Under the pieces are notes generated by a model. It saw nothing but the letters and a program-made list of their open reading frames with translations. It did no database searches and had not been told where the DNA came from. Shown piece by piece: positions 27,467 to 38,608 of a stretch of 64,000 nucleotides of DNA. A program made the position numbers and the translations under genes. This DNA is from a virus (lineage: Duplodnaviria > Caudoviricetes), in IMG/VR virus record IMGVR_UViG_3300021256_000057, positions 96,001 to 160,000 of that record. The stretch is one strand, 5' to 3'. Within the stretch, counting starts at the first letter, position 1. Every line of letters starts with the position of its first letter.

Positions 27467-27889
27467 CTACATGTATTTTAGAAGCTCTTTTACTGAAAAC
27501 GGCATCTCATGTTTAGTATCTTCTGGAATCAACTGCGCTATCTCTTCTACTGAGTAACGACAGTTGTTCTTAATGGCCTCAAACATTGCATACTGTATGT
27601 CCTTAACTATTTCACTATGGGAGCTGCACCAATCGTGTACAGTGTGCTTCAGCGAATCAAGAGCAACTATTTCATCATGAGGCCTCTTCTTCCAGGAAAA
27701 AGCTGCATATGCTTTTTGCGCTGTTTTATACCCAAATCCCTGTGCATCGTCAAACACTTCTCCAGTATCGCTATCTATGATGATATATCGATACTCCGTA
27801 TAGAAGTCTTGTGTCTTTTCAAGACGAATGACTTTTACATTCTCAGGTACAGGACGGTTGTATCCAGTATATGGCTTTTTCTTTCTCAT
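27467..27889 (-). CDS. Hypothetical protein
   Basis: 140-aa ORF with an upstream TAGACA-17-TATAAT promoter. Confidence 0.6.
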   Translation of the reverse strand: MRKKKPYTGYNRPVPENVKVIRLEKTQDFYTEYRYIIIDSDTGEVFDDAQGFGYKTAQKAYAAFSWKKRPHDEIVALDSLKHTVHDWCSSHSEIVKDIQYAMFEAIKNNCRYSVEEIAQLIPEDTKHEMPFSVKELLKYM

Positions 27890-28069
27890 AGTGCCTACCC
27901 TCTTAATTATAGCACGATTGATTCACCATGTCTATACACACAATGCACAAATACCACTCGGATAGTTGTGCATTGTGTAACAGTCTATTTTACTCGTAGA
28001 TAGTTCCGCAGAGCGTAAGCTCGGATTTACCAAGCTCGGAGCTGAAGTTATTGTCTGCTGTATATGGCA

Positions 28070-28672
28070 TCAATAGCCGTATCTATCGCGGTCTTCAAGC
28101 TCGTTGATCGTTTGTTCAAGGGCGATTTCTGCTCCCTCATATGCCTCAGAGATGCTCTCATTCCACATATCATCCATCATCTTATCAAATGCATCCTGAT
28201 TGTAATTGAACAGCTCCTTTTCAATGTCGATCTCATGATACAGTTCATCAATAGTACCACAATCGCGTTCTACACGAAGCTGCTCAAGGTAATTGTAAAT
28301 GCTATCATCGTAATCTGCAAACATCTCTACAATATCAGAAGATTCGATGTTATCAAGGTCGGAATAATACTCTTGTCCTCTAGTAGAATAAATGACTATA
28401 CTATCACTATCCTCCCAAGAGTTTCCGCCTGGATTCCAAAATACACTTGTAGTACCATCGGGATACAGATATAGATCCTGCTGAGGTCGTCCATTAGCAT
28501 CCTTCATAAGCGCAATGATATCGTCCTTTAGAGAATCCCACTTATCATAAATCAGCTTGATCCAGAACTGATTATCATGTGCCTCCTCTGATGCGCGGAC
28601 ATACTTACGGTATCTTGTATTCTTAGAAGCAGATACTCGATTTGACTTGTTATTTGAACGATAAATTCTCAT
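28070..28672 (-). CDS. Acidic protein with basic leader (candidate internal virion protein)
   Basis: MRIYRSNNKSNRVSASKNTRYRKYVRAS then a highly acidic body; both phage promoter motifs upstream (28716, 28752). Confidence 0.6.
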   Translation of the reverse strand: MRIYRSNNKSNRVSASKNTRYRKYVRASEEAHDNQFWIKLIYDKWDSLKDDIIALMKDANGRPQQDLYLYPDGTTSVFWNPGGNSWEDSDSIVIYSTRGQEYYSDLDNIESSDIVEMFADYDDSIYNYLEQLRVERDCGTIDELYHEIDIEKELFNYNQDAFDKMMDDMWNESISEAYEGAEIALEQTINELEDRDRYGY

Positions 28673-28771
28673 ATTTAGCCCTCCTAATTGATATGGTACA
28701 CTGTACCTACCGATATATAAGGTTGTATACTGTCAAGTATTCTTTAATTATTATAACGAGTGGAAAGATGA

Positions 28772-29209
28772 TCATTCGCTTCCAAGCTGGAGCTGCATAG
28801 GTGGTATGGATGCAAGAAGTTCCCCCTTGTTGAACAGATCAGTAAAGTTCTTTAGTATGCGGATTCGCTGCCCCTCAAATACTGTGAAGCCATCTTCGAT
28901 ATTATTGAAATATGAGATGATCCAGCTATACTGTGCAGATCCATAGAATTTGTATGCGATAAGGTCCAATCTGTTCTCTTCCATGAGAGGTACTGTATAC
29001 CAATCAAAGACTGCGTTTGAAACAAAGGCATTTGGTGTTTCCAGTGTCATAAATCTATCATCACTCACAGGCCCATGAACGACTTGTCTAAGACCTCTGT
29101 ATCTGCTGATATGATCAAAGTCACGGCACACAGTATATTCTATACCAGTATGATCTATTACTTTATATGGTTTTAATGTGTCATAATAAATTGGTTTACT
29201 ATATCTCAT
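28772..29209 (-). CDS. Baseplate wedge protein, gp53/LysM-like
   Basis: RLDLIAYKFYGSAQYSWIISYFNNIED. Confidence 0.72.
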   Translation of the reverse strand: MRYSKPIYYDTLKPYKVIDHTGIEYTVCRDFDHISRYRGLRQVVHGPVSDDRFMTLETPNAFVSNAVFDWYTVPLMEENRLDLIAYKFYGSAQYSWIISYFNNIEDGFTVFEGQRIRILKNFTDLFNKGELLASIPPMQLQLGSE

Positions 29210-30240
29210 CCTATGATCCCTCGCTTTTGGATAGATGAGTAATTTACTGGCTCGTTTGCTATCTCTGTGATAGTAATTGATAGATTTACTTCGAGAGGCA
29301 TGTCGTCAAGACCGATAGGACTTTCTTCATTGTACTCCCACTCCACATTTGTTAGTATGCCTGTGATTAGAGCAGCTCCCTTGATGTATAGCGTAACTTT
29401 GGAGGTCAGAACCGCAGCTCCATTGAATTGTGGATAGCAGTTAGCCTCGCAGAAGCGTATCAGCTCGTTGCACTTACCATCTCGATGATCGCCTGTCCAC
29501 ATGTCTCTATGCATATGGAATGAGTAAGTATTCGTTCTGGGGCCGGAGGATCTGTATACATATGTGGGCTCATATTGATACAGCATATCAGGCATGGTAT
29601 CATAAGTAGCAGCTACACCATCTTTTATACCAATAGGGAAAACAGGGAAGTCGATGGATGATCCACTCAACGATGAATATAGTGTTATCTCGCCCCATGG
29701 TAGCTTGAACCACTGCATGAATGAAGAAGATGATGTGCTATTTACGATCGCACCGCCAGCTCCACGCCCTGCAAATGAAGTAGAATCAAAAATAGTCTGC
29801 GGTATAGTGCCACTAGAATCCTTTGAGAAATACTTCATTGCATTAGAGTAAGTATCGCTCGATACAGGGATCCCATTCCCAAGCACATTTGTACTTGTTT
29901 TTATCTCCACGTCATCTGGTATCATAAGATAGCCTGGGATCGACCCGATCGTATGCATCACTTTCCATCCATCTTCGGACTGTGTTGCAACAGCTTCAAA
30001 TATATCGCTGTTATCTGTCATCCGGCCCAATATCTCACGTTTACGCTGATTCGGTACATTTCCTCCGCTAGATATATTATAATTATCTATCGCGTAGTTG
30101 CATACCTCTTTATACTCTTTCCCAACATTCTTTGTTCTTGGGAGCCAGTTTGTCGCCAATACCTCATCAACATTCCTCGAACCTACCATATCGGACAGCT
30201 CCGACAATGTAGTTTTATCGTCTATTTTAAGGAGTTTCAA
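29206..30240 (-). CDS. Tail tube initiator/baseplate-tube junction-like protein
   Basis: N-terminal LysM-like segment; C-terminal tube-fold pattern (YRSSGPR..SF...YP...ITGILTNV). Confidence 0.55.
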   Translation of the reverse strand: MKLLKIDDKTTLSELSDMVGSRNVDEVLATNWLPRTKNVGKEYKEVCNYAIDNYNISSGGNVPNQRKREILGRMTDNSDIFEAVATQSEDGWKVMHTIGSIPGYLMIPDDVEIKTSTNVLGNGIPVSSDTYSNAMKYFSKDSSGTIPQTIFDSTSFAGRGAGGAIVNSTSSSSFMQWFKLPWGEITLYSSLSGSSIDFPVFPIGIKDGVAATYDTMPDMLYQYEPTYVYRSSGPRTNTYSFHMHRDMWTGDHRDGKCNELIRFCEANCYPQFNGAAVLTSKVTLYIKGAALITGILTNVEWEYNEESPIGLDDMPLEVNLSITITEIANEPVNYSSIQKRGIIG

Positions 30241-30839
30241 TTGTTATTCACCGCCAATTCTGGAGCTGACCGTTTCAAACGTATACTCTTTACAACATGT
30301 GGTTCACCGAACATCGTAGGTGGACGGAGATCAATGACAGCTCCAGTAGATTCGATCGTAACTGTCTGTGCAAGCAGCTTTCTCCGTATCCACTCTTTGC
30401 TTTCTTTTAAGCAAGCCTTTGCTGATGCAGCATCGAACACATCATCTACATTATCTGTACCTAAAGGAAGTATCAGATCATGGATATCTTTTATATCCGA
30501 TGTTGGTCCTATGACAGCTCCTAGCATATAGGAGTACACCCAATTGGGTATTACATAAGTCCCCTTGGTCTCGATATATTGATCAATATGATATTGGATA
30601 GCAGTAACAAGTTTCGCATGTGCGGTACTCAATTCTAGGTCAGCCTCATCTGGGTTACTATAATTCACCCAAAAGAAGCCCTCAAAAGATGGACTAAACG
30701 TATCACCAGTCGCGTCCTGCGAGTATTCTAGTTTGCGAAACGCTTCAAACATTTCTTCATCCGATATCAGATGATAAGGATAATTTGGCAGATATCCTTG
30801 ATCGATATATCGTATCTTTATTACATCATGAATAAACAT
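30237..30839 (-). CDS. Hypothetical structural-region protein
   Basis: Operon packing between tail genes. Confidence 0.6.
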   Translation of the reverse strand: MFIHDVIKIRYIDQGYLPNYPYHLISDEEMFEAFRKLEYSQDATGDTFSPSFEGFFWVNYSNPDEADLELSTAHAKLVTAIQYHIDQYIETKGTYVIPNWVYSYMLGAVIGPTSDIKDIHDLILPLGTDNVDDVFDAASAKACLKESKEWIRRKLLAQTVTIESTGAVIDLRPPTMFGEPHVVKSIRLKRSAPELAVNNN

Positions 30840-30852
30840 AGGACAGCTCCCA

Positions 30853-33504
30853 TCATACCATTAGTGTGGATCCTGAGAAGTAATGGAACGAGTTTGTTGA
30901 CCAGGCATCAATGAACTTTGGATCTGTATCTTCAACGATACTTGCAGTAATGAAGAACGCGATCGAGCCAGGAGTTATCGTATTCTCATATGCATCATAG
31001 CTCGGTGTAAGCAAAGAGAACCTAGTGTCCTGCACCATATAGCTAGATGGGTTTGTTAGTACATAGGATGCAATAAACTGGCCTGTCACCTTTATCTGGT
31101 TAGGCATCCTCCTCTTTGGGTAGTAGAGGCTAGGTCCTTGCGGCAATTCAAACGATGTTCTGATGATAAAGTTACCAGTGCGGACATTTGATGTAGATGC
31201 GTTTCTCACAAGAACGGATGCGCCTACAACATCGCCGTTTGACTTGAATGTGATGCTCTTTAGAGCTACCATGAAGTGATTATCATTAGGAGAAGATGTA
31301 CTCCAGGATTCACTTGTAGTGACATTCAGCTCCTCATAAACAGATGTGCTTGCGCTGCATATTACTTCCATACCATCTACAACGAGATCCGGATCAGTCA
31401 GAGCAAACCGCTGATACCACAAGGTCATGTCTACGATATTCGTAAGATAGTTAATGATACTGCTATCATAATAGAGACAAGAGCGATATAGATTGATATT
31501 AGGCGTACCAGATATCTTATTCTCAACACGGATACGAGAACAGTCAGAGATATTGATCGTAATATTACTGCTTGCGTTCCCATATAGATGTAGATATACA
31601 GAGGTATTAAATCTGCTGTCTATATCGTAGATGTCGATCGTCTCTGCATCATCTGAATCAGTGACTGTCACATTGATATGGATCACATTTGGATTTTCTG
31701 CGTTCTGGATCTGATTTGCGTTAGGGAATGCTACACGCTGATTTACATACTCATTGAGGTACGCCTGTACTTCTTCATTTGAGGCACCAGAGGGTGTTGT
31801 AAAGTCCTCACCGAGCTGATATGCCAATACACCAGTACGGAGCAGAGCGTAGTCCATCAATCGCAGATGACCATCTTCATCCAGATATACATAGCCATAG
31901 TCTGTTGCAGTATCTGGTACGTTCAGAAATCCGCCAACGATATCTTCTGAAGCTACTGGAATAGGACCAGACAATACGATCGCATCAGAATACTCTTTTG
32001 CAGATGTGACAGTTACTGTGTAATAATACTTTTTAACTTCCCCATTCTCATCTGTATAAGTATATAGGAAGTAATCTATGTTCTTACGACCTCTATACTG
32101 AGTTAGATCACCCCAATACTCACTATATACCTCTGGATCATCTGTAGATGGCGGATCAGCTCCGTCTTCAAACGATGAGGATACAACGTTCAGCTCCAAG
32201 CCCTCACCGCCATCATAATCCTCTGAATACGCGATCTCTTGCACATACCCTGGTATGATGACATACATGGTAGAAGGTTTCTTATCTATCACGGTAGACT
32301 CATAGATGACTGTGTTATCTTGATTTACAAGGATATAATCGCCAGGATTCCAATTATCATTGATCGATGGAAGATCCTCTACAGCATCAAGGTAGTCGAT
32401 GTAGAATATCTGCTTACCTCCTACGGACATCCGATAGGTATTAACATCTTCGCGCAGCTTCTTGATAACATTTGTGTACTTGCTATCGACTGTACCACCT
32501 GTACCTAGGTTATAGTCTGCCTTTGGTATAGCCAATGATACTGGATCAAAATACAATGTTTGCCCATGCTCATCAGTGACACTGTACCCAGCAGAGCCAT
32601 CTATCTGCTTGTGTGGTAGGTATAGTCGTACTGATTCATTAGCGTCAAGACCAAATCTCGCAGATTCCAATTCAGGCTTTGTGGTGCTCTTATGAGGAAA
32701 TGCATCCCATACGATAAGAGAATCATCTACAGCACACCATGTATCAGACTTCGTTTCAGTTCTACCCTTACCTGCATATACATAATGACTTCCGGGGTCA
32801 AGGCCTGTCTTTTTGATAAATTCATCAGACAGTAGATCATCTGCGCTTCCAGTTCTTATTGCATCAAAAATACGACACTTTGCTGGATAGTTGTTTGATA
32901 CATTTGAGATACCAGAAGATGTGAACAAGAATGAGCCTAGTTTGATGTGCGCGGTCACTTCTGCCTCATCGTTTGGCACATCACTAGGCAATTTGAACTC
33001 ATCGCTTGGGAGAATTACTACTTGGATACCCTCGAATAGATACTCACCGGCACCTGTTGCATCTGTTACTTCTGGCTTCAGCGACCCTGCCATAGTAGAC
33101 TCTGTACTGTATATGGCAATAAGTCCTATTGAGATCTCGCCTTCGAGGATAGACTTGCCCTCAGCACGGAGCTGTTCATTGATCTCGAACATATCAAGGG
33201 AGATAGGGACAAGAGATTCGATAAAGTGTCCATTTACAACAGCTCTGCCAGGTTGGATCTCAATGATGCCGTTTGCAGGGATAGCAGCATCTTCTCCGAA
33301 ATCCAGTGCATTCGAGCTAGCGAGAAGGTAAAAGTCCTTCTCACCATGTACGAATGACTGACCAATGTAGTAGTTTACGCTCTCTGATGTAGCAACACTA
33401 TCAATGGAGCGCAGATTATACTCCGTGAGGAGCTGTCCTCCAGTCGATGTGTTCGTCATCGGGAAGATGTTTGTGGTATTCACAGAAAAACATGTCAAAT
33501 TCAT
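30853..33504 (-). CDS. Large virion structural protein (baseplate/tail associated)
   Basis: 883 aa, acidic, IQPGRAVVNGHFIE motif; directly downstream of the tape measure gene. Confidence 0.55.
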   Translation of the reverse strand: MNLTCFSVNTTNIFPMTNTSTGGQLLTEYNLRSIDSVATSESVNYYIGQSFVHGEKDFYLLASSNALDFGEDAAIPANGIIEIQPGRAVVNGHFIESLVPISLDMFEINEQLRAEGKSILEGEISIGLIAIYSTESTMAGSLKPEVTDATGAGEYLFEGIQVVILPSDEFKLPSDVPNDEAEVTAHIKLGSFLFTSSGISNVSNNYPAKCRIFDAIRTGSADDLLSDEFIKKTGLDPGSHYVYAGKGRTETKSDTWCAVDDSLIVWDAFPHKSTTKPELESARFGLDANESVRLYLPHKQIDGSAGYSVTDEHGQTLYFDPVSLAIPKADYNLGTGGTVDSKYTNVIKKLREDVNTYRMSVGGKQIFYIDYLDAVEDLPSINDNWNPGDYILVNQDNTVIYESTVIDKKPSTMYVIIPGYVQEIAYSEDYDGGEGLELNVVSSSFEDGADPPSTDDPEVYSEYWGDLTQYRGRKNIDYFLYTYTDENGEVKKYYYTVTVTSAKEYSDAIVLSGPIPVASEDIVGGFLNVPDTATDYGYVYLDEDGHLRLMDYALLRTGVLAYQLGEDFTTPSGASNEEVQAYLNEYVNQRVAFPNANQIQNAENPNVIHINVTVTDSDDAETIDIYDIDSRFNTSVYLHLYGNASSNITINISDCSRIRVENKISGTPNINLYRSCLYYDSSIINYLTNIVDMTLWYQRFALTDPDLVVDGMEVICSASTSVYEELNVTTSESWSTSSPNDNHFMVALKSITFKSNGDVVGASVLVRNASTSNVRTGNFIIRTSFELPQGPSLYYPKRRMPNQIKVTGQFIASYVLTNPSSYMVQDTRFSLLTPSYDAYENTITPGSIAFFITASIVEDTDPKFIDAWSTNSFHYFSGSTLMV

Positions 33505-33547
33505 ATCGGACAGCTCCTTATTTAGCTATTTACCCATATAAATGGTT

Positions 33548-36500
33548 TTACATTGAAGTTAAGCCAAGTGCCATTCCTGACAGAGAATCAGGTATGGTCG
33601 TGCCGTTTGGTGTGTTTGTAGCGTTCAAGATAGCGTTAGCTACCTTCAAGATCTGTGACAGCAATGCATTTGTCTGTACTGTTGGATCAAGAAGATCAAC
33701 TGTGTTCTTTGTAAGAGCATCAGCAAGCGCATATACAGCATCTTCAGATTCTGCCTTTTCTTCTCTCTGTATCTTACTTACCTCTTCATGGTCATACGCA
33801 GATGAATAAGCTGTATGATCCACATAGTAATCTACCCACGAGGCATAGAATTTCAAGAACTCATCGTAGATCTTGCTATTCATATCAAAGATGTTAGTCA
33901 GTATCTCATTTGTGATAGTCTTGAAATCGATCGTTTCGAGAAGATGTGCCTCTCCTGTTTGCCGGATAAGGTCTGTAATATCTCTAATTGAAACTGATGT
34001 CTCATTGATAGCGACTATATTTTCCTTATTGATATTCCAGAAATCCTCTTCCCTTGCCTCTCTATCTGCACGAATCTGAGCGCCGATCTGCATCTTTAGA
34101 CCATCAAAGTGTGTTCTCAATTTCTCATCAGTAATACCCGCATCCTCTATCGCAGCACTAAAGTCAGAGATACCATACTTCTTTGCAGTTGATACCCAAT
34201 CCTCATAGGTTGCATCGTAGTCTTTATCATTGAGGACATAATTATTCATGTTATCTATCATGTCCTGAAGGTTTTGAACTGCTTTTGCCTGTGCAAGAGC
34301 AGTATTATTGACTTCTGATGCCTGCTCCTGTATATCGCTGAGTCCTGTCAAATGCGGTCCTACAGTAGATGCGTTCAAGGTAGATGCTGTACTTTTCCCA
34401 ATAGTACCCCAATTGTACGAAGACTTAGCCTGCTTACCATTGATAACAGCGAGCTGACCAAGCTGAATAATAGATTCCGTGGTCGTCAGATGGTTTCTAT
34501 TTGCGATCGTTGACACAGGATTATCAAAAAAGCTAAAAACATTACCAATGCCATTTACGATTCTATAATCCGATAGTCCTCCCATGAGGCTAACAAGATC
34601 CGTGGTTAGTTTAAGATTCTTGTTCCTCGTGGTCAACTGATGCTGTGATAGTTCTTGACCTGTTCCGACTTTACCAAGCTCTAGCATCTGTCTTATATCA
34701 TGATCCATGGCTTCTGGTTCTGCCGTAGAAACGATCAGCCTACCTAATTGACCGAAAAATCCGATGGGGTTCAAATATTTCGCGACGTTATCGACTGCAC
34801 CCTCGATGCTCTCAAGCAATTGCAGCGATGATCCTGTGAGATCAACGGCATACTGAGATTCCATGATCTGTCGTGCTATCTGCTCATCCCACATATGCTG
34901 TTGGATCATCTGAGCGGCCTCGTTGTCGATCACATAAGCGAGACCCTCATCGATCATGTATTTATTGATCTGCTGAATCTTCAACTGCTCTGCGGTCGTG
35001 GTCGTCTGACCAGACATGAGCAGCTCCAAGTTTTCATCAATGGCATTGCTTGTCGTGGACATATTAGCGATCGACCTTGCAAGATACTCAAAGTCTACTC
35101 TTGCAAAAGTATCCATTGACAGACCAAATATACTAGATAGACCCTCTGCGACCTCCATGTAGGCCTCCTGGGACATGTTTTGCATCCTACCGAGGTTCTC
35201 AAACAGGTCTACAAATACCTTTTTAGGGTCATCCGTAAGCTGACGAAGGAACTCTGTGTTGCTTGCATTGATACCAGCAAGAGATCGCAATGCTACAAGC
35301 TCGGAGCTGTTCCCACCTACTGCGGCTTTGTAAACAGCATCGGTCATGGCACTTGCAAGATCAGGAGCTATTGCGCCAACGATAGCAGATACAGATGTCA
35401 TGACACCGCTGATAGCTACTGCATTGTCAGTTCGTCCTGCCTGTGCGATCTGGATCGAACGCTCCATAATAGATTGAGCATCCTTTAGGCCAGTTGTAAC
35501 GCCGCTTGTAAGTTCTCTGCTTGCATACAGTACGTTGCTTGCCATCTGCATCATCGTATCATTTGCGAGTTTGATAGCATCCGCCTGGGACTTGCCATCC
35601 TTTACTGCATTGGCTACTATAGATGCGTAACTACTTGCAGACTGGAAGAAATCTTGCGTAGGTACTGCGGCATTTAGTTTGGTAGCAATATAAGCGAACT
35701 CCTCTGCTACTTGTCCGCTTAGGCCATCCTTTAGGACATTCGCCAAATTAGCAGAGATATCAGATGCGCTTACATAGGATTCAAGGCCCTCTCTACGCAG
35801 TCTCTCAGCATAATTGCCCATGAGTGTCTGTAGATCTGCTTTGCTATATCCCTGAGTAGCACTAATGACTTTTAGATTACTATTCCATGTTGAATACCAT
35901 TCCTCAGCAGCAGTTTGCAAGATCTCAAAAGGTTTCTTGACCATTGTCTCGACATCTTTTTGAAGTCTCTCAGTAGCTAGGTCAACATCTTTAGTTCTGC
36001 TTTCTTTAGCGCGATTTGCAGTACGTTTCACTGTATCGGACAACTTTTTGAAGTTCTCACGAACTGGTTCAAGTATCTTGTCAAGTTTCTCAAATGCGAT
36101 CACCGCAGCTACAACACCTAGCCCAACTGTTGGCAATGCGGCAGCGATTGGAGCCAATGCTGTGCCAGTAGCAGTCAATCCACTTATTATCTCTGGCCCT
36201 AACGTTGTAGTGGCCTGCTCTAGCATAGGTATTGCTGCATCTATTACACTTGTAAATCCAGCTACAGCAGCGCTACCCTCACCAGAAGACTGAGCGGCCA
36301 CTGTGGTAATATCTGATATAGCTGAACTGCTATCGCCAAGAACACTTGTAACAGTATCTATGATATCAGTATAATTACCATTAGTTGCATCAGCTAACTT
36401 CTCTGCAATATTGCCAACCGAGTCACTAATGGAATCTCCTGTAATATCGGATAGATGATCCAATGCTGAAGATAGAATATCATCCGTACCGGACGTCATA

Positions 36501-37471
36501 TCTGCATTACAGCAACAGCAATTCTTTAAGTTGATGACAGATTTATCTGATACAGCAGAAGACGGCGTTACACTGTTTAGATACCTAGCATTTCCGATTA
36601 TGCTTGATATATCTCCAATGCTGCTGATAATATCAATAAAACTGGATGCTTGACTGTTCAGAGGATCTAAGTTCTGTCCTGTAGTAGTGTGTTGTGTGAT
36701 AGCAGGTATAAGCAGCTTTGAAAGATCTTGTACACTTGATATTGCCTGTGCAAGACCTTGAACCTGTGTGGGTTGTTGATCAGATGCACCTTTATCTTGT
36801 TGTGGTATCTGAGGATGTATATTCTCACTAGATGGGAGCTGACCTGCGGCATCCCTACCTTGTATATAAGCATTTTTGAGTTTCTCAATAGGCTCTGCAA
36901 GAGATGTACTACCTATAAATTTGTTATACAAATGGTCTCGCAGACCATGTGTGGCATCCCTAAGCGTGTTTTCAAGTGCAGTATCAATACCCGTGGTTCT
37001 TAAACTGTTTCGCAGTTTTAGACCAACAGCTTTTCCAAGAGCATTTGGGGCGTCTTTGAGAGATATACCCAGCTCCTTTGTAATGTCGTCGTAAATGCCA
37101 CCTATCTGTTTTCTAAATTGAGTTCCGATGTCTCTCTTGATCTTATCGGTAAATTCTGACTGAAATCCAGATACAAATGAATCTTGGACACTACTAAAGC
37201 CATTTCTCTTACGAGCGGTCGGAGCTGTACTACTCTTAGACTGTCCGTTTCTATCTCTGAACCTATCTTGAAATGTGGTCGCAGTAGACCTATCGTTCCT
37301 CTGTTTCCTGGCGTTTGATTTACCATCATCATTCATCTCAGCAAGGGTATCATTTATCTGTCTAATGTATTTGAGAATCTGGTCGCTCTGACTTTGTGTA
37401 CCTCTGCCAAGCAATTTTGATAGGATGTCTGCCTGTTCATTTATATTGTTGTTATCCGGCATTGATACCAC
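33548..37471 (-). CDS. Tail tape measure protein
   Basis: 1307 aa, A/S/Q-rich helical, hydrophobic mid-segment, follows chaperone genes. Confidence 0.75.
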   Translation of the reverse strand: MVSMPDNNNINEQADILSKLLGRGTQSQSDQILKYIRQINDTLAEMNDDGKSNARKQRNDRSTATTFQDRFRDRNGQSKSSTAPTARKRNGFSSVQDSFVSGFQSEFTDKIKRDIGTQFRKQIGGIYDDITKELGISLKDAPNALGKAVGLKLRNSLRTTGIDTALENTLRDATHGLRDHLYNKFIGSTSLAEPIEKLKNAYIQGRDAAGQLPSSENIHPQIPQQDKGASDQQPTQVQGLAQAISSVQDLSKLLIPAITQHTTTGQNLDPLNSQASSFIDIISSIGDISSIIGNARYLNSVTPSSAVSDKSVINLKNCCCCNADMTSGTDDILSSALDHLSDITGDSISDSVGNIAEKLADATNGNYTDIIDTVTSVLGDSSSAISDITTVAAQSSGEGSAAVAGFTSVIDAAIPMLEQATTTLGPEIISGLTATGTALAPIAAALPTVGLGVVAAVIAFEKLDKILEPVRENFKKLSDTVKRTANRAKESRTKDVDLATERLQKDVETMVKKPFEILQTAAEEWYSTWNSNLKVISATQGYSKADLQTLMGNYAERLRREGLESYVSASDISANLANVLKDGLSGQVAEEFAYIATKLNAAVPTQDFFQSASSYASIVANAVKDGKSQADAIKLANDTMMQMASNVLYASRELTSGVTTGLKDAQSIMERSIQIAQAGRTDNAVAISGVMTSVSAIVGAIAPDLASAMTDAVYKAAVGGNSSELVALRSLAGINASNTEFLRQLTDDPKKVFVDLFENLGRMQNMSQEAYMEVAEGLSSIFGLSMDTFARVDFEYLARSIANMSTTSNAIDENLELLMSGQTTTTAEQLKIQQINKYMIDEGLAYVIDNEAAQMIQQHMWDEQIARQIMESQYAVDLTGSSLQLLESIEGAVDNVAKYLNPIGFFGQLGRLIVSTAEPEAMDHDIRQMLELGKVGTGQELSQHQLTTRNKNLKLTTDLVSLMGGLSDYRIVNGIGNVFSFFDNPVSTIANRNHLTTTESIIQLGQLAVINGKQAKSSYNWGTIGKSTASTLNASTVGPHLTGLSDIQEQASEVNNTALAQAKAVQNLQDMIDNMNNYVLNDKDYDATYEDWVSTAKKYGISDFSAAIEDAGITDEKLRTHFDGLKMQIGAQIRADREAREEDFWNINKENIVAINETSVSIRDITDLIRQTGEAHLLETIDFKTITNEILTNIFDMNSKIYDEFLKFYASWVDYYVDHTAYSSAYDHEEVSKIQREEKAESEDAVYALADALTKNTVDLLDPTVQTNALLSQILKVANAILNATNTPNGTTIPDSLSGMALGLTSM

Positions 37472-37507
37472 TCCCTTATAATAACGAATAGGGATGCCGA
37501 AACATCC

Positions 37508-37792
37508 CTATCGTTTTGCCTTCCGTTGTGCATTAGATTCAAGACGTTTCTTTCTTTCATCTACCTCTCTGGTAAACGATTCAACGTACTTTTTTCGTAT
37601 GAATATGGGTTGCTGATACAACCACTCTGCTGAGATAGCACCCTCGGAAGCTCTAGCGATGAACATTACCTCATCGGTGATATTCTCATACAGTTTTTGC
37701 CTTACCTCGTGCAGGCTTTTCATTTCCCCCTGCACTTCTATCATGTTTCCAGGCTCTGAGATCTCCCACGGTCGGACGAAAGAAACGATCAT
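37508..37792 (-). CDS. Tail/baseplate assembly chaperone 2 (gp51-like)
   Basis: ISAEWLYQQPIFIRKKYVE pattern; lies between gp26-like gene and tape measure. Confidence 0.55.
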   Translation of the reverse strand: MIVSFVRPWEISEPGNMIEVQGEMKSLHEVRQKLYENITDEVMFIARASEGAISAEWLYQQPIFIRKKYVESFTREVDERKKRLESNAQRKAKR

Positions 37793-38504
37793 CTGTCAGA
37801 GCGATGAAACTTGCACGATTAGAATGGCATATAGGACACTGTGTAACACCAGCGAGCTTTAGACCATAGTTAGTCTTGGAGCTGGCCGTATCTCTCAATG
37901 CGATGTAGTCAGCAGATGATAGATGATTCTGGATGTACATCTTCACTTCAAACGGTGTCATGCCGTTCTTTGTGCCAATAGATCGAATGCTATAGCACAA
38001 TCTGGCCAGCTCCCTATTAACAGAACCATTCTCACGCTTGAACACATCATCATTATACGCAGCAAGCACTTCCTTCATGGTAAGGAGCTGTAGTGTAATA
38101 TCACCATCAAAGTCGATAAGATCATCTCTACTGATAACGATCTCATTCTTAAAGCCCTCTGGAAGTGGGACACACTCGATCGTATTCAGATTTACTTGAT
38201 ACTCACCATCTGATGATCTCTGACCACAATCCCGACAAAGAATAAGATTTGTCGTATAATATGGACCGTAGTTCAAGATACGCAGGCACCGGCAGAGCCA
38301 ATAATAATCTATCTCCAGCAATTGGTTGCAGTCGATCTTCTCCTCAATAGCAGATGGTAGGATCTTTTCGATCATTGTCTTGTCGAAGTCCTCACTGCCT
38401 ACATAGTCCAGCTCCGAGATAGTAGGCAAGCTATGAAGTGTGAGTTGATCTGGGATAGAAGTATACAGACCCTTACCAAGCAATTCGATCTTCTCTGAAA
38501 TCAT
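37686..38504 (-). CDS. Baseplate hub assembly chaperone (T4 gp26-like)
   Basis: LLEIDYYWLCRCLRILNYG..Y, CRDCG, VNLNTI, CPICH, FFRP; AACCTTATA motif upstream at 38580. Confidence 0.72.
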   Translation of the reverse strand: MISEKIELLGKGLYTSIPDQLTLHSLPTISELDYVGSEDFDKTMIEKILPSAIEEKIDCNQLLEIDYYWLCRCLRILNYGPYYTTNLILCRDCGQRSSDGEYQVNLNTIECVPLPEGFKNEIVISRDDLIDFDGDITLQLLTMKEVLAAYNDDVFKRENGSVNRELARLCYSIRSIGTKNGMTPFEVKMYIQNHLSSADYIALRDTASSKTNYGLKLAGVTQCPICHSNRASFIALTDDRFFRPTVGDLRAWKHDRSAGGNEKPARGKAKTV

Positions 38505-38608
38505 GATGACACTCTCCTTAAACGGTTTTTAGGGATATTAAAAAAAATATCAGTGAGTATGTCTTTTTACTCACTGATATATAAGGTTATTGATGCGGAT
38601 GCATTCTT

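Noticed and set aside
27935-27978. ACACAATGCACAA...TTGTGCATTGTGT inverted repeat as a third CCCTAGGG-type site
   Set aside because: It has no CCCTAGGG core, the arm orientation is opposite and the spacing is shorter. It is more likely an operator or terminator by the 27889 promoter.
37686-37792. Programmed -1 frameshift in the tail chaperone at G GGA AAT
   Set aside because: The -1 frame reaches TGA immediately. The downstream ORF is in the +1/-2 frame and has its own Met codons. A -2 shift cannot be excluded but is unsupported.
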